From positions 1-39,162 of IMG/VR virus record IMGVR_UViG_3300044305_001204: a stretch of DNA of 39,162 bases. One strand, 5' to 3'. Positions 27,181 to 36,419 of the stretch are shown one piece after another. Both the position numbers and the translations under genes were made by a program. Under the pieces are notes generated by a model. The model made no database searches. It was not told where the DNA came from and was given only the letters and a program-made list of their open reading frames with translations. Positions within the stretch are counted from its first letter, which is position 1, and each line of letters starts with the position of its first letter. The stretch is from a virus. Taxonomy: Duplodnaviria > Caudoviricetes.

Positions 27181-28341
27181 CTAGTTAAATTGTCCTCCTC
27201 CTGATGCGCCGTGAGATATTGTAATAGTAAACGCACGGTCTGCTGTTTGGGCCTGTGCATCTGTTGCTCGTATAGTAAAGCTATACGTAGTTGTAGCAGT
27301 TGACCCTGACTCAGTACCAGATATTACACCGGTTCCTGCATTAATACTTACACCACCTGGAAAAGTTCCAGATGTTTTAGCATAGCTTGTAGCATCTGTT
27401 GCTGCAACTGTAAAGTTAACACTTCCTGTTGCGGCCACTGTTCCTAAACTACCTGCAGAAGTTGTCCATGAAGGTAAATCTGATACAGTTAATATTGCTG
27501 ATCCTGATCTTACAGCTAATCCATCATTGTTTTCAATTCTAATAAAATATGTACCATCTACTGGTAATGTAAAGTTTGCCGTAATAGAACTTGCACTTGT
27601 AAATGTTACAGAATTTGCAGTTACTATTGCTCCTGTTGAAGAATTAATTGCATCAACAAAAGGAACTTCTTGAAAATTAGCTCCAGCTATAACTACGTTT
27701 GTTGCATCATTTGTAATAACCGAAGGAGTAACTGATGAAATTGTAGGTTTTGTTTCTGTTACTGTTGCAAAAGATAAGGTCCCTGATCCATTAGTAGTTA
27801 TTGATTGACCATTTGATCCATCAGCTACTGGTAATTTTAAAAATACACCTGTGTTAATTGTAGATGAATTATGATTTACAAAATTACCCATGTTCGCGTG
27901 TGATGAACATTGGTAGTATAAAACGTTTGGTGTATCATTATCAACTGCAATAGTTGTGTGTGCACCAGCATTACCTGGTGTGCCTGATGTTGTTACACCA
28001 GTTGTAAATTGAGTTCCTTTTGATACGTTGTTATAAAATCTTAATGGGTGTGTAGCGTTTGATGCATCTGATTGATCAAACTTGTAGTAGTAAGGTTTGC
28101 CTGTATCATTACCTTTTAATTCAATAATAGGTGTTTCAATACCATTTACTTCATAACCTAACGTGCTTCCAACACCGTGATATGGAGAAGCTGCGGTTTT
28201 AGTAATAACTTTAACTGTAAATACTTTTGGACTTGTTGAAGAAAAATAAGTTCCTTCAAATCCTCCACCACCAGAATCTTTACTGATAATTAGATTACCA
28301 GCTTGATCTTGTATCGTATCTACTTTTAAAATTGATGCCAT
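27181..28341 (-). CDS. Cassette protein A3 (Ig-like adaptor) with inserted cupredoxin-like domain
   Basis: MASILKVDTI start; HPL...YYQCSSHANMG; PTISSVTP IPT-like and FTIRATD Ig-like domains; GQFN end. Confidence 0.8.
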   Translation of the reverse strand: MASILKVDTIQDQAGNLIISKDSGGGGFEGTYFSSTSPKVFTVKVITKTAASPYHGVGSTLGYEVNGIETPIIELKGNDTGKPYYYKFDQSDASNATHPLRFYNNVSKGTQFTTGVTTSGTPGNAGAHTTIAVDNDTPNVLYYQCSSHANMGNFVNHNSSTINTGVFLKLPVADGSNGQSITTNGSGTLSFATVTETKPTISSVTPSVITNDATNVVIAGANFQEVPFVDAINSSTGAIVTANSVTFTSASSITANFTLPVDGTYFIRIENNDGLAVRSGSAILTVSDLPSWTTSAGSLGTVAATGSVNFTVAATDATSYAKTSGTFPGGVSINAGTGVISGTESGSTATTTYSFTIRATDAQAQTADRAFTITISHGASGGGQFN

Positions 28342-28343
28342 AA

Positions 28344-29399
28344 TTAAAATGCCGTTGTTGGTATTGACTCTCCTACGTTTGCTACAAATGGATTCTTAGC
28401 CCAAGCCCAATACAAATAGTCATCTCCTGCTCCAGCAGCGTTAACGTCATCATCAACACCTCTTATTTTAAAACCAGTAGATAAAATATCAATTGAGTTA
28501 GCACTACCTGTTTGTTCAGTGCTACCAGTTATTTTAATTCTATAGTCTGTTCTATTTCTAGCTGGTCTTTTTCTATCTAATAAATTCCAGTTAGAACCAT
28601 TTCTATCAGATGATTTTATTATAACTAATTCAGGTTGAAAACCAGTATAACAATATGGACCATCAGCACTACCTGTATTCATATAACTTCCAAATTTACT
28701 GTAACCCTTTATTTCAGCAAAACAAAAAGCTAAAACATCATGATTAGAAGTTCCCCAAAATGTGCTAGTTTGTGTAAAAACTGAAGTTGTTGGAGCTGTA
28801 CTACTATTCATAAAACCAGTGCTAGTTTGTGCATTATTAGTATCATTTGGAACTAAATACGCTCCGCCACCTAATTGTTCATGATAAGCATACCAACTAT
28901 CTGCGTTAGATATGTTTTTAAAAAATATAGCTTTAGGAACTTTACCTAGTCCATGACCCATAGTTGAGTTTGCAGCTAAACTACTTTTATTAAATTTAAC
29001 TATAGAAAAACCTGCTGTTGTGTTAGCTGTAACAGTAGTAGCTATTGAACCATCATTATTAGATGAACCAGTAGCACCACCTGCTTTCCAGTTCCAAGAT
29101 ACATAAGTACCAGAGTTAGTGTTATAAAATCCGTCTGTAGATGCAAAAGTAAAACCATCACTATTAAAACTACCTAATGCTGGTGTTCTTTCAGCACTAG
29201 TATCTGATGGCTCTAAACCATATTTATTAGCTAGTATAGATTGAAAACAATAGTGATCATGAGTTGCATCTCTTGATTTAATCCATATCCAATCAGGTTG
29301 AAATCCAACTCCTGTAATTGCTTGTGTTGCTGAACCGTCACCAGTGTAAAGTTTAGTGTTCATGTGTAAGCCGGGTTTTGAAATTGCTGCAAATGCCAT
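28344..29399 (-). CDS. Cassette protein C2
   Basis: Same motif series as C1 and C3. Confidence 0.8.
   Translation of the reverse strand: MAFAAISKPGLHMNTKLYTGDGSATQAITGVGFQPDWIWIKSRDATHDHYCFQSILANKYGLEPSDTSAERTPALGSFNSDGFTFASTDGFYNTNSGTYVSWNWKAGGATGSSNNDGSIATTVTANTTAGFSIVKFNKSSLAANSTMGHGLGKVPKAIFFKNISNADSWYAYHEQLGGGAYLVPNDTNNAQTSTGFMNSSTAPTTSVFTQTSTFWGTSNHDVLAFCFAEIKGYSKFGSYMNTGSADGPYCYTGFQPELVIIKSSDRNGSNWNLLDRKRPARNRTDYRIKITGSTEQTGSANSIDILSTGFKIRGVDDDVNAAGAGDDYLYWAWAKNPFVANVGESIPTTAF
29292..29317. repeat. Exact 26 nt repeat in all three C genes (also 25655-25680 and 32520-32545)
   Basis: atcaggttgaaatccaactcctgtaa, encoding TGVGFQPD. Confidence 0.9.
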
Positions 29400-29408
29400 A
29401 ATTATATC

Positions 29409-30767
29409 CTATCCATAAGTATTTAGATTCTTTGTATTTAAACCATAAAACCCAGTTGGGCAATCATATTCCCAAACTGAATCGTCTCCAGTGCTTGATG
29501 TTCCTGCTGAAGACACCGGGGTTGTTGAAAAATATCCGTTTCCAAAATTAAATTCTCCTTTGTTACCATCATATCCAGACGTTGCAGGAAACCATTCATT
29601 ACTAGCAGAACCAATACCTGTCCAAGCAGAGTTTGTAGTTGTTCCAGCTGCTATTTCAGAAATTGTTGCTGAGTTTTGCCATGTTCCATTTTTTGAAAAC
29701 CAAAGTGTTCGTGTGTCTGCATTAAAAGCTACACCAACAATATCGTTTGTTGTAAAACTGTTTCCATAAGAAGAACCTGAACCATTATAATATTTTTGAC
29801 CATTAGCAGCATAATAAGAAAATCCATTATTGTCATGCCCTGGCCAGTCTGATGGATCTCTTGAACCTATTCCTGTTGGATCTCTAACTATACCAATCAT
29901 AAGATTAGCACCACCTGTAATGTTAGCATATTTCATTTCCCAATACCATTTGCCTTTATTCATGGACCAAGCTCCAAAGTTTGTTTTGTTGTTTGTATTC
30001 CATTCAATTTTTGTATTAGCCATAGTAAATGTTGAAGCTTGATTTTGATTATCCAAAACATTCATAGTCATAAAATTGTTTGATGGTGTGTCTATTGATT
30101 GTTTTAGACTTCCATTAACTGTGTAATTATTTGTTTGACCAGAACTATCTAAACCTAAACTGCCAGAGTTTTCAAATTTTAAATGAAAACCATTTGTACC
30201 CCAAGTAATTCCACTTGGTGATTTAAATTTCCACATACCACTAGTAGCATCTGTAGAACCAAATGATGTTGGAGCTAAAGCTGCACCATCTACCATAGCA
30301 ACATGACTTAAATAACCTTCAAAATAAGTACTTGTGCCTTTTCTTATACCTATATTAGATTCTATGCCATTTAAATTAAATGCTGTATCATAGTTTTGTG
30401 ATGGATATGTTGCTTCAGCAAAAGAAGTTTCTTGTACTCCGTTTACATAAAGTTTTACTCTATTTGCTTCTGTAGCTTGTGTAGTATCAACAGCAGCAAC
30501 AAGATGATAAAAAGCATTTGTATCTCTAAATTTTCTATTTGTATGAACTCTAAAATCTTTATTTCCATTAGAAGCATAACCAGATATATTTAATTGGTCG
30601 TTTGAATCAAATTTAAATTGAGCCATTTGATCTGAGCTATATTGTCCAGCAGTAACCATATAAGCATAGTCATAACCTAATTTTGATCTTTTTACCCAAG
30701 TTGAAATAGTAAATGTTTTTCTATTTCCTGCTGATGATGGTGTTTTATTTAAATAACTATCTGCCAT
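29409..30767 (-). CDS. Cassette protein B2 (LamG-like + SPRY-like)
   Basis: TISTWVKRS, FRDTNAFYHLV, GKWYWE, NFGNG. Confidence 0.8.
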   Translation of the reverse strand: MADSYLNKTPSSAGNRKTFTISTWVKRSKLGYDYAYMVTAGQYSSDQMAQFKFDSNDQLNISGYASNGNKDFRVHTNRKFRDTNAFYHLVAAVDTTQATEANRVKLYVNGVQETSFAEATYPSQNYDTAFNLNGIESNIGIRKGTSTYFEGYLSHVAMVDGAALAPTSFGSTDATSGMWKFKSPSGITWGTNGFHLKFENSGSLGLDSSGQTNNYTVNGSLKQSIDTPSNNFMTMNVLDNQNQASTFTMANTKIEWNTNNKTNFGAWSMNKGKWYWEMKYANITGGANLMIGIVRDPTGIGSRDPSDWPGHDNNGFSYYAANGQKYYNGSGSSYGNSFTTNDIVGVAFNADTRTLWFSKNGTWQNSATISEIAAGTTTNSAWTGIGSASNEWFPATSGYDGNKGEFNFGNGYFSTTPVSSAGTSSTGDDSVWEYDCPTGFYGLNTKNLNTYG

Positions 30768-30776
30768 AATATTATC

Positions 30777-31583
30777 CTAGTTAAATTGCCCCGAATTATT
30801 TGCACCAAATGTAAATGTTAGAGAAAAAGCTCTATCAGCTGTTTGCCCTTGTGCATCTGTTGCACGAATTGTAAAACTATATGTTGTATCACTTGTAGCA
30901 CCCGACTCAGTTCCAGTCAATGTTGAGGTTCCTGATCCACCAGAGTTTAATGTAATACCACCAGGTAAAGTTCCAGAAACTTTAGCCATTGATGTTGAGT
31001 CTGTTGCTGTTAAATTTATAGTTCCAATATTGTCTCCGCCAGAAAAAGAACCTAGCGACCCTGCTGAAGTTGTCCATGCTGGAACATCTGATACTGTTAA
31101 TAAAGCTGTACCACTTCTTACTGCATTACCATCATTGTTTTCTATTCTTAAAAAATAAGTTCCATCAGTTGCTAGTGTAAATGTAGCTACTATTGTACTT
31201 GCATTTGTAAATGAAACTGAATCAGCAGAAATAATAGATCCAGTTGAATTAATTGCTTCTACGATTGGTACTGAAATAAAATTACCACCTGAAATTGTAA
31301 TTGCTGTTTGAGCGTTTGTAACAACCGTAGGACTAATAGATGAAATTGTAGGTTTTGTTTCACCTACAGTTACACTTCCACCAAGATTAACTGCGGAACC
31401 ATTGATTGTAATTGCTGAGTTTGCCAAAGCAGCATTTTGAATAGCACCACCTGACGTTGCTGTAAATGTACCACCAACAGTTAAGTTTGCACTAGCAGGT
31501 ACAGTTATTGTATCACCAGCATCTCCGAGTTGTACTCCTGTTCCTGATCTAGGTGTTATTTTATTTACTTTTACTTCACTCAT
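30777..31583 (-). CDS. Cassette protein A2 (Ig-like adaptor)
   Basis: MSEVKVNKI start, ETKPTISS, DGTYFLRIEN, FTIRATDAQGQTADR, GQFN end. Confidence 0.8.
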   Translation of the reverse strand: MSEVKVNKITPRSGTGVQLGDAGDTITVPASANLTVGGTFTATSGGAIQNAALANSAITINGSAVNLGGSVTVGETKPTISSISPTVVTNAQTAITISGGNFISVPIVEAINSTGSIISADSVSFTNASTIVATFTLATDGTYFLRIENNDGNAVRSGTALLTVSDVPAWTTSAGSLGSFSGGDNIGTINLTATDSTSMAKVSGTLPGGITLNSGGSGTSTLTGTESGATSDTTYSFTIRATDAQGQTADRAFSLTFTFGANNSGQFN

Positions 31584-31586
31584 ATA

Positions 31587-32624
31587 TTATCTCGCATTAG
31601 CCACAGTATCATTAGTGCCGACCAGGGACTGCCCAAACGCAGCATAAACCATTGTATCACCGTTTTCATTTACGTGACTACCAGTTGTTCTTATTTTAAA
31701 TCCATTAGATAACATGTCTAATCTTATAGATGTATCTTGTACATCACTAGCATTTGAATATATTCTATAATTTTTTTCATTATAACCTAATCTTTTATCA
31801 TCAAACATTTCCCACATTTCACCAGAATCTGTTTTATTTCTAATTAAAATAAAAGAAGGTCGAAAACCAGTGTAAACAAACGCTCCGTTAGCATTACCAT
31901 TACCCTTGTAGGCTGAAAATTTTGAATAACCGGGTTTTTCTGCAAAGCAATATGCAATCATATTATTAGTACCAGACGCATTGGTTGCTCCTGCGTTTCC
32001 AACACTAAATACAGTAGCGGTTGGTGTAGTATCATTCCAAGCTGATGTACTTGTAGCTTCTGCACCAGAAGTATTAAGATATAAATATTTAGTATTACCC
32101 ATACTTTGATGATAAACTCCCCAATTATAAGTATCATTTGTATCTTTTGTAATTATAAAACTTGGAACTGCTCCTAAACCATGTCCAATAGTTGCATTAG
32201 CAGCGCTACCAGACCATTCTACAACACTAAATCCTGCTGTTGTATTAGCTGAAACAGTTGATGCTATACTTCCACTAGAGTTAGCAGAACCTGTACCTCC
32301 TGCTTTCCAATTCCAACTGACATATGTTCTACCTGAACTTCCATTAAATTGATCTGAAGCTCCTAAAGTAAATCCATCTGCTCCAAAAGCTGTTAAACCA
32401 TCTGCTACTGTTGTTTCAGCTCCAGTACTATTACATGATAGAGTTTTAGTTACTCCTCTAACTACATCTGTCCAAGCGTGATTTTCAGCAGAACCTGCTC
32501 TATTTTTTATCCATGTAAGATCAGGTTGAAATCCAACTCCTGTAATTGATTGTGTGCCTGCGTTCCCATTATAGATTACTGTATTCATGTTAACTTTAGC
32601 TTTATTTATAGTTGTGTAGGCCAT
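31587..32624 (-). CDS. Cassette protein C1
   Basis: MAYTTINK, TGVGFQPD, WNWKAG, HGLGAVP, TGFRP, SNGFKIR. Confidence 0.8.
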   Translation of the reverse strand: MAYTTINKAKVNMNTVIYNGNAGTQSITGVGFQPDLTWIKNRAGSAENHAWTDVVRGVTKTLSCNSTGAETTVADGLTAFGADGFTLGASDQFNGSSGRTYVSWNWKAGGTGSANSSGSIASTVSANTTAGFSVVEWSGSAANATIGHGLGAVPSFIITKDTNDTYNWGVYHQSMGNTKYLYLNTSGAEATSTSAWNDTTPTATVFSVGNAGATNASGTNNMIAYCFAEKPGYSKFSAYKGNGNANGAFVYTGFRPSFILIRNKTDSGEMWEMFDDKRLGYNEKNYRIYSNASDVQDTSIRLDMLSNGFKIRTTGSHVNENGDTMVYAAFGQSLVGTNDTVANAR

Positions 32625-32683
32625 TACTTATTAAGTCCTTTCGTTGATAACGCGGTATAGCCCGCCGGAACATCGTACTCAAA
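32602..32683. repeat. 82 nt direct repeat at the B1/C1 junction (copy at 25737-25818)
   Basis: 76/82 identical by manual alignment. Confidence 0.9.
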
Positions 32684-33985
32684 TACCCCGTTATTACTAG
32701 CATTAGTTCCTGCACTAGCCACGGCCGTGGTTCCAAAAAATCCGTTCCCAAAGTTAGCTGACCATGTGTTTGTTCCTGGGTTAACCCAATCTCCTGCTGC
32801 AAAGTGATAACAACCTGTTAGTGTTGAAGCTACTGGTTGAATACTATAAGCACCGGTCCCTGTTGATCCGGAAGTTGGGTCGCCACTATTAATCCATGTT
32901 CCATTTTTTCCAAAATATAATTTTGAATTTGTTATATCCATTGCAACCATTACAATATCGTTTGCTGCATAAGTTGCTTCGCCTGTATCAACATTACTTC
33001 CATTAGCTCTAACAGAGCCATCATCAACATAAGCATAAGAATAATTATCTTGTGATAATTCATCTGTACCATCATTCATTTCATGGTCTGTTATACCAAC
33101 AGTATTTGTTCCTGATCCTGAACTTACAGCTAATTTAAATTCAGCATAATATTTTCCAGTTGATACACCAATAGTAGAACGTAAATATCTATGACCTGCA
33201 CTTGGACTTGCATACGTTGTGTTTGTATTACTTAGTGTTGCTCCATCAGATCCATAATATTCTAAATTATTAAATGTAGCAAAAACGTTACTTGGGCAAT
33301 CTTTCATATTTGTAAGTGTACCACTACCAACTGTTAAATTATTTCCTTCGCCTGATTGGTCTGTAACAGAATTACCATCTTTTAAAATAAAAAAGTTAAA
33401 ATCACTTGTACCAGTATAAGTAATACTTGGATTAGTTTTAATTTTCCACTCACCTGTGCTAGAATCTACTTCTCCAAATATTGTGGGTGCTAATGCTTGA
33501 CTATCAACTCTATGAAAATGTGACATAAGACCATCAAAGTAATCACCAGCATTATGACTTCTACCAATTCTTATAGGATAGTTATTACCACCAACACCAA
33601 ACCAAAAATTACCATTTTGTGATGGATTAGTTCTAGTTGAAAAACTTGTTTCTTGTACTCCATTTATCCAAAGTTTTTGTCTATCATCTGCTGTTCCAAG
33701 TGTGCTGTCATAAGCAAAAACTAAATGGTACCATCCGTTAGTATCTCTAAATAATCTATTAGTTGATAATTGTGTTTGTGAACTTCCACCATCGTAAGAA
33801 ATAATATTAAGTGTATCACCACCAGCTAAATAAAAAACACCTGCATTATTACCATCAGACGCTTCTGTATAAAGATATTGTGTTGCACCTAATTTGCTTC
33901 TTTTAAACCAAAATGCAATAGTACCTTTTTTTCTACTATCTGTATTAGCTGTTGGATTTGCTTTTGTTAAATATGTACTAGCCAT
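32624..33985 (-). CDS. Cassette protein B1 (LamG-like + SPRY-like)
   Basis: TIAFWFKRS, FRDTNGWYHLV, GKYYAE, NFGNG, FEYDVPAGYTALSTKGLN. Confidence 0.8.
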   Translation of the reverse strand: MASTYLTKANPTANTDSRKKGTIAFWFKRSKLGATQYLYTEASDGNNAGVFYLAGGDTLNIISYDGGSSQTQLSTNRLFRDTNGWYHLVFAYDSTLGTADDRQKLWINGVQETSFSTRTNPSQNGNFWFGVGGNNYPIRIGRSHNAGDYFDGLMSHFHRVDSQALAPTIFGEVDSSTGEWKIKTNPSITYTGTSDFNFFILKDGNSVTDQSGEGNNLTVGSGTLTNMKDCPSNVFATFNNLEYYGSDGATLSNTNTTYASPSAGHRYLRSTIGVSTGKYYAEFKLAVSSGSGTNTVGITDHEMNDGTDELSQDNYSYAYVDDGSVRANGSNVDTGEATYAANDIVMVAMDITNSKLYFGKNGTWINSGDPTSGSTGTGAYSIQPVASTLTGCYHFAAGDWVNPGTNTWSANFGNGFFGTTAVASAGTNASNNGVFEYDVPAGYTALSTKGLNK

Positions 33986-34812
33986 TAATTAAATCCTCCT
34001 GAACCTGTAGCTCCGAATGAGTAAGATATTGAAAAAGCTCTTGCAGCTGTTTGACCTTGCGCATCTGTTGCTGTCACTGTAAAATTGTCCGTAGCTGCAC
34101 TAGTATGTGCAGTTTGTGTTCCTGTTATTGTAGCAGATCCTACACCAGTATTAAAGGTTAATCCTGCTGTAACAGATCCAGTTGTAACTGCAAAAGATAC
34201 AGCATTTGTTGCTGTTAAAGTTATTGTTCCAACTGAAGCAACTCCTGAAAAAGATCCTAACGAGCCTGCAGCTGTAACCCAAGCAGGCAAATCAGAAACT
34301 GTTAAAGAAGCTGATGATGTTCTAACTGCTAATCCATTTGGATTTTCTACTCTAACATAATAAGTTCCATCAGTTGGTAATGTAAAATTAGCTGTAATAG
34401 ATGTTGCTGAAGTAAATGTAATTGAGTTAGCTGGTGTAATTGCTCCTGTAGTACTAATTGCTTCAACATGAGGAATAGAAGTAAAATTAGTTCCTGCAAT
34501 CACTACATTAGTTGCATCGTTAGTTATAACAGAAGGAGTTAATGATGAAATTGTTGGATAAACAATTGGTAAATTTGTTAAATTAGCTGCTGATACGGAT
34601 GGTAAAGTTGCTGGAAAACGAGCGTCGGGTAAAGTTCCTGACCCAAGATTAGAAGCATTTAATGCTGTTAGGTTTGCTCCCGAAGTTGCACCTAAAGTTC
34701 CTGCTACATTTAAAGTTGCACCTGATGGAACTGTAATTGTATCACCAGATTCACCAACTTCAGTAGTTGTACCAGTTTGTGGTCTTATTTTATTTACTTC
34801 TAATATACTCAT
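33985..34812 (-). CDS. Cassette protein A1 (Ig-like adaptor)
   Basis: MSILEVNKI start, SGTLPDARFP fibre repeat, PTISS, ATDAQGQTA, GGFN end. Confidence 0.8.
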   Translation of the reverse strand: MSILEVNKIRPQTGTTTEVGESGDTITVPSGATLNVAGTLGATSGANLTALNASNLGSGTLPDARFPATLPSVSAANLTNLPIVYPTISSLTPSVITNDATNVVIAGTNFTSIPHVEAISTTGAITPANSITFTSATSITANFTLPTDGTYYVRVENPNGLAVRTSSASLTVSDLPAWVTAAGSLGSFSGVASVGTITLTATNAVSFAVTTGSVTAGLTFNTGVGSATITGTQTAHTSAATDNFTVTATDAQGQTAARAFSISYSFGATGSGGFN

Positions 34813-35270
34813 TAAATTACTACCAAATTCCCAGTTACTGTAACTGTGCCTGAAACTGTTACCGGTCCAGCCAACACTCCTGAATCCACTGTTTGAACAT
34901 CAGAAATTGTTGAAGCGTGAGTTGTTACATAAGTTGTAGCTGTCATACTTGCAGACGGAGCTCGTTTTGCAGGGTAAGTACAAAATACAGTTTTAGTTCC
35001 CGCTGTAAAATTCACTTTGTTGTCTGAGTTTGAAGAGGAGATAACGGTATCTCTAGAAAGTGTATCAGTAGCTGCATCAGTTACTGTTCCAATACCGACT
35101 TCAAATTCAGATGTTCCGTCATGTGAAATACAATAGAACGTATTATTTGTAGTTCCAATACCAGCAACAAAAGTTTCAAAACCTGTTTCAGCAGAAGCTG
35201 ATAAGTTTATCGTTCCTGTACCAGTAGATGTACTAGTCTGTTTAACTCTGTCATTTAATACAAAAGCCAT
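34812..35270 (-). CDS. Tail fibre proximal/anchor protein, 152 aa
   Basis: LNDRVKQTSTSTGTG, FEVGIGT, VFCTYPA; C-terminal AGPVTVSGTVTV..LVVI. Confidence 0.72.
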   Translation of the reverse strand: MAFVLNDRVKQTSTSTGTGTINLSASAETGFETFVAGIGTTNNTFYCISHDGTSEFEVGIGTVTDAATDTLSRDTVISSSNSDNKVNFTAGTKTVFCTYPAKRAPSASMTATTYVTTHASTISDVQTVDSGVLAGPVTVSGTVTVTGNLVVI

Positions 35271-35289
35271 TTATTAAATTCCTTTACTA

Positions 35290-35730
35290 TTATGCGTCGC
35301 CTAGTCTAATAATAGCATTTGATGCATCAGCAGTAGGAAACTGAATAATAAAGTCTCCGTTTGTTGCTGTTTTATTGCCACCAAAATCTAATACTAAAAC
35401 TAATTCGTTTCCGCCTCCAGTTGATTTATATATTGCAGCTCCCGCAGCAGTTAACGTAACAGAAGGAAAAGTTAAATCTTGAAAATCAACGTATGCAGTT
35501 GTTGTTCCTGCAACTCCGTTGTTTGTTAAATTGTTTCCACCTGCTGTGTAAGATGTTCCTGAAGAACTAACTTCATTACCTGTTTGATACACAGTTGACG
35601 TTGCACTGTAGCCTGAAATGCTTGTATATAAAGCACACTTAAACGTGTTGCCTCCATTACCAGATGTATCAAAATTATAAACTCCTTTTAATAAACCTGT
35701 TTTAAACGCATTAGGTACTATATTTGCCAT
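35290..35730 (-). CDS. Tail structural protein, 146 aa
   Basis: FKCALYT, YTAGG, VLDFGG, AIIRL motifs; AAGGAG RBS. Confidence 0.75.
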   Translation of the reverse strand: MANIVPNAFKTGLLKGVYNFDTSGNGGNTFKCALYTSISGYSATSTVYQTGNEVSSSGTSYTAGGNNLTNNGVAGTTTAYVDFQDLTFPSVTLTAAGAAIYKSTGGGNELVLVLDFGGNKTATNGDFIIQFPTADASNAIIRLGDA

Positions 35731-35744
35731 TTTTTATCTCCTTA

Positions 35745-36419
35745 TTATGGTGATGGTGATTTTAAAGGAGTTCGAATAACACCATCTTGATATTCGTCTC
35801 TGCGTCTACGACCTTGTTGTTCAATCGCGTACGTTTGTAAAGCCCTTTGATATGACTGTTCATAGTATTGTAACATATCTTTAGGACCTTTCAAGTATCC
35901 ATATGCTTCTACCAGAGTAGCATACAAAAGTAAATCTTGATATTTATTGCTTAAATAAGTTGTTGTAGAATTAGATGCACTAATTGAAGAAGGTTGTTTT
36001 ACATATGCCATTGTAATTGCATATTGAGCATTTGGAGTAGGTGCCACAACCCAAAAATTAGCGTCCCAGTTAGCATAATATCTTGGAATTCCAGATTGGA
36101 CTGAAGGTCTATTGTAGTATTCAGCCATGTAAGATGTATCTTTTTTTTCTAAAAAAACTTGAACATTTGGTGTTACCGTTGTGTCCAATAATTGAATATA
36201 TCTTATAATTCTTAAATCAGATGGAATAGTTACATATCTATTTCCAACAGCTAAATTAGATGTAGCATAAAATCTATTATCATCAGAATCCGCATCTCTA
36301 TAAATTCTATTTTCAGCATTTTTTGTCATAGTAGTTAATATTGCATCAGTTAAAACTGTGCTATCAACTTCAGTATAATCTCTAACATCGTCTTTTAAAT
36401 TTTGAAAAGTATAAGCCAT
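35745..36419 (-). CDS. Head-tail adaptor / tail tubular protein A-like
   Basis: AENRIYR, GIPRYYA, VAPTP, DLLLYATLVEAYGYLK. Confidence 0.7.
   Translation of the reverse strand: MAYTFQNLKDDVRDYTEVDSTVLTDAILTTMTKNAENRIYRDADSDDNRFYATSNLAVGNRYVTIPSDLRIIRYIQLLDTTVTPNVQVFLEKKDTSYMAEYYNRPSVQSGIPRYYANWDANFWVVAPTPNAQYAITMAYVKQPSSISASNSTTTYLSNKYQDLLLYATLVEAYGYLKGPKDMLQYYEQSYQRALQTYAIEQQGRRRRDEYQDGVIRTPLKSPSP

Noticed and set aside
25737-32683. Diversity-generating retroelement (TR/VR pair) suggested by near-identical repeats at receptor gene 3' ends
   Set aside because: No reverse transcriptase in the window; both copies are coding; the few mismatches are mostly synonymous and not adenine-specific to one copy
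32602-32802. 66 aa alternative-frame ORF crossing the B1/C1 junction
   Set aside because: No RBS, and no counterpart in the ORF track at the homologous B3/C3 junction; likely a by-product of local GC richness
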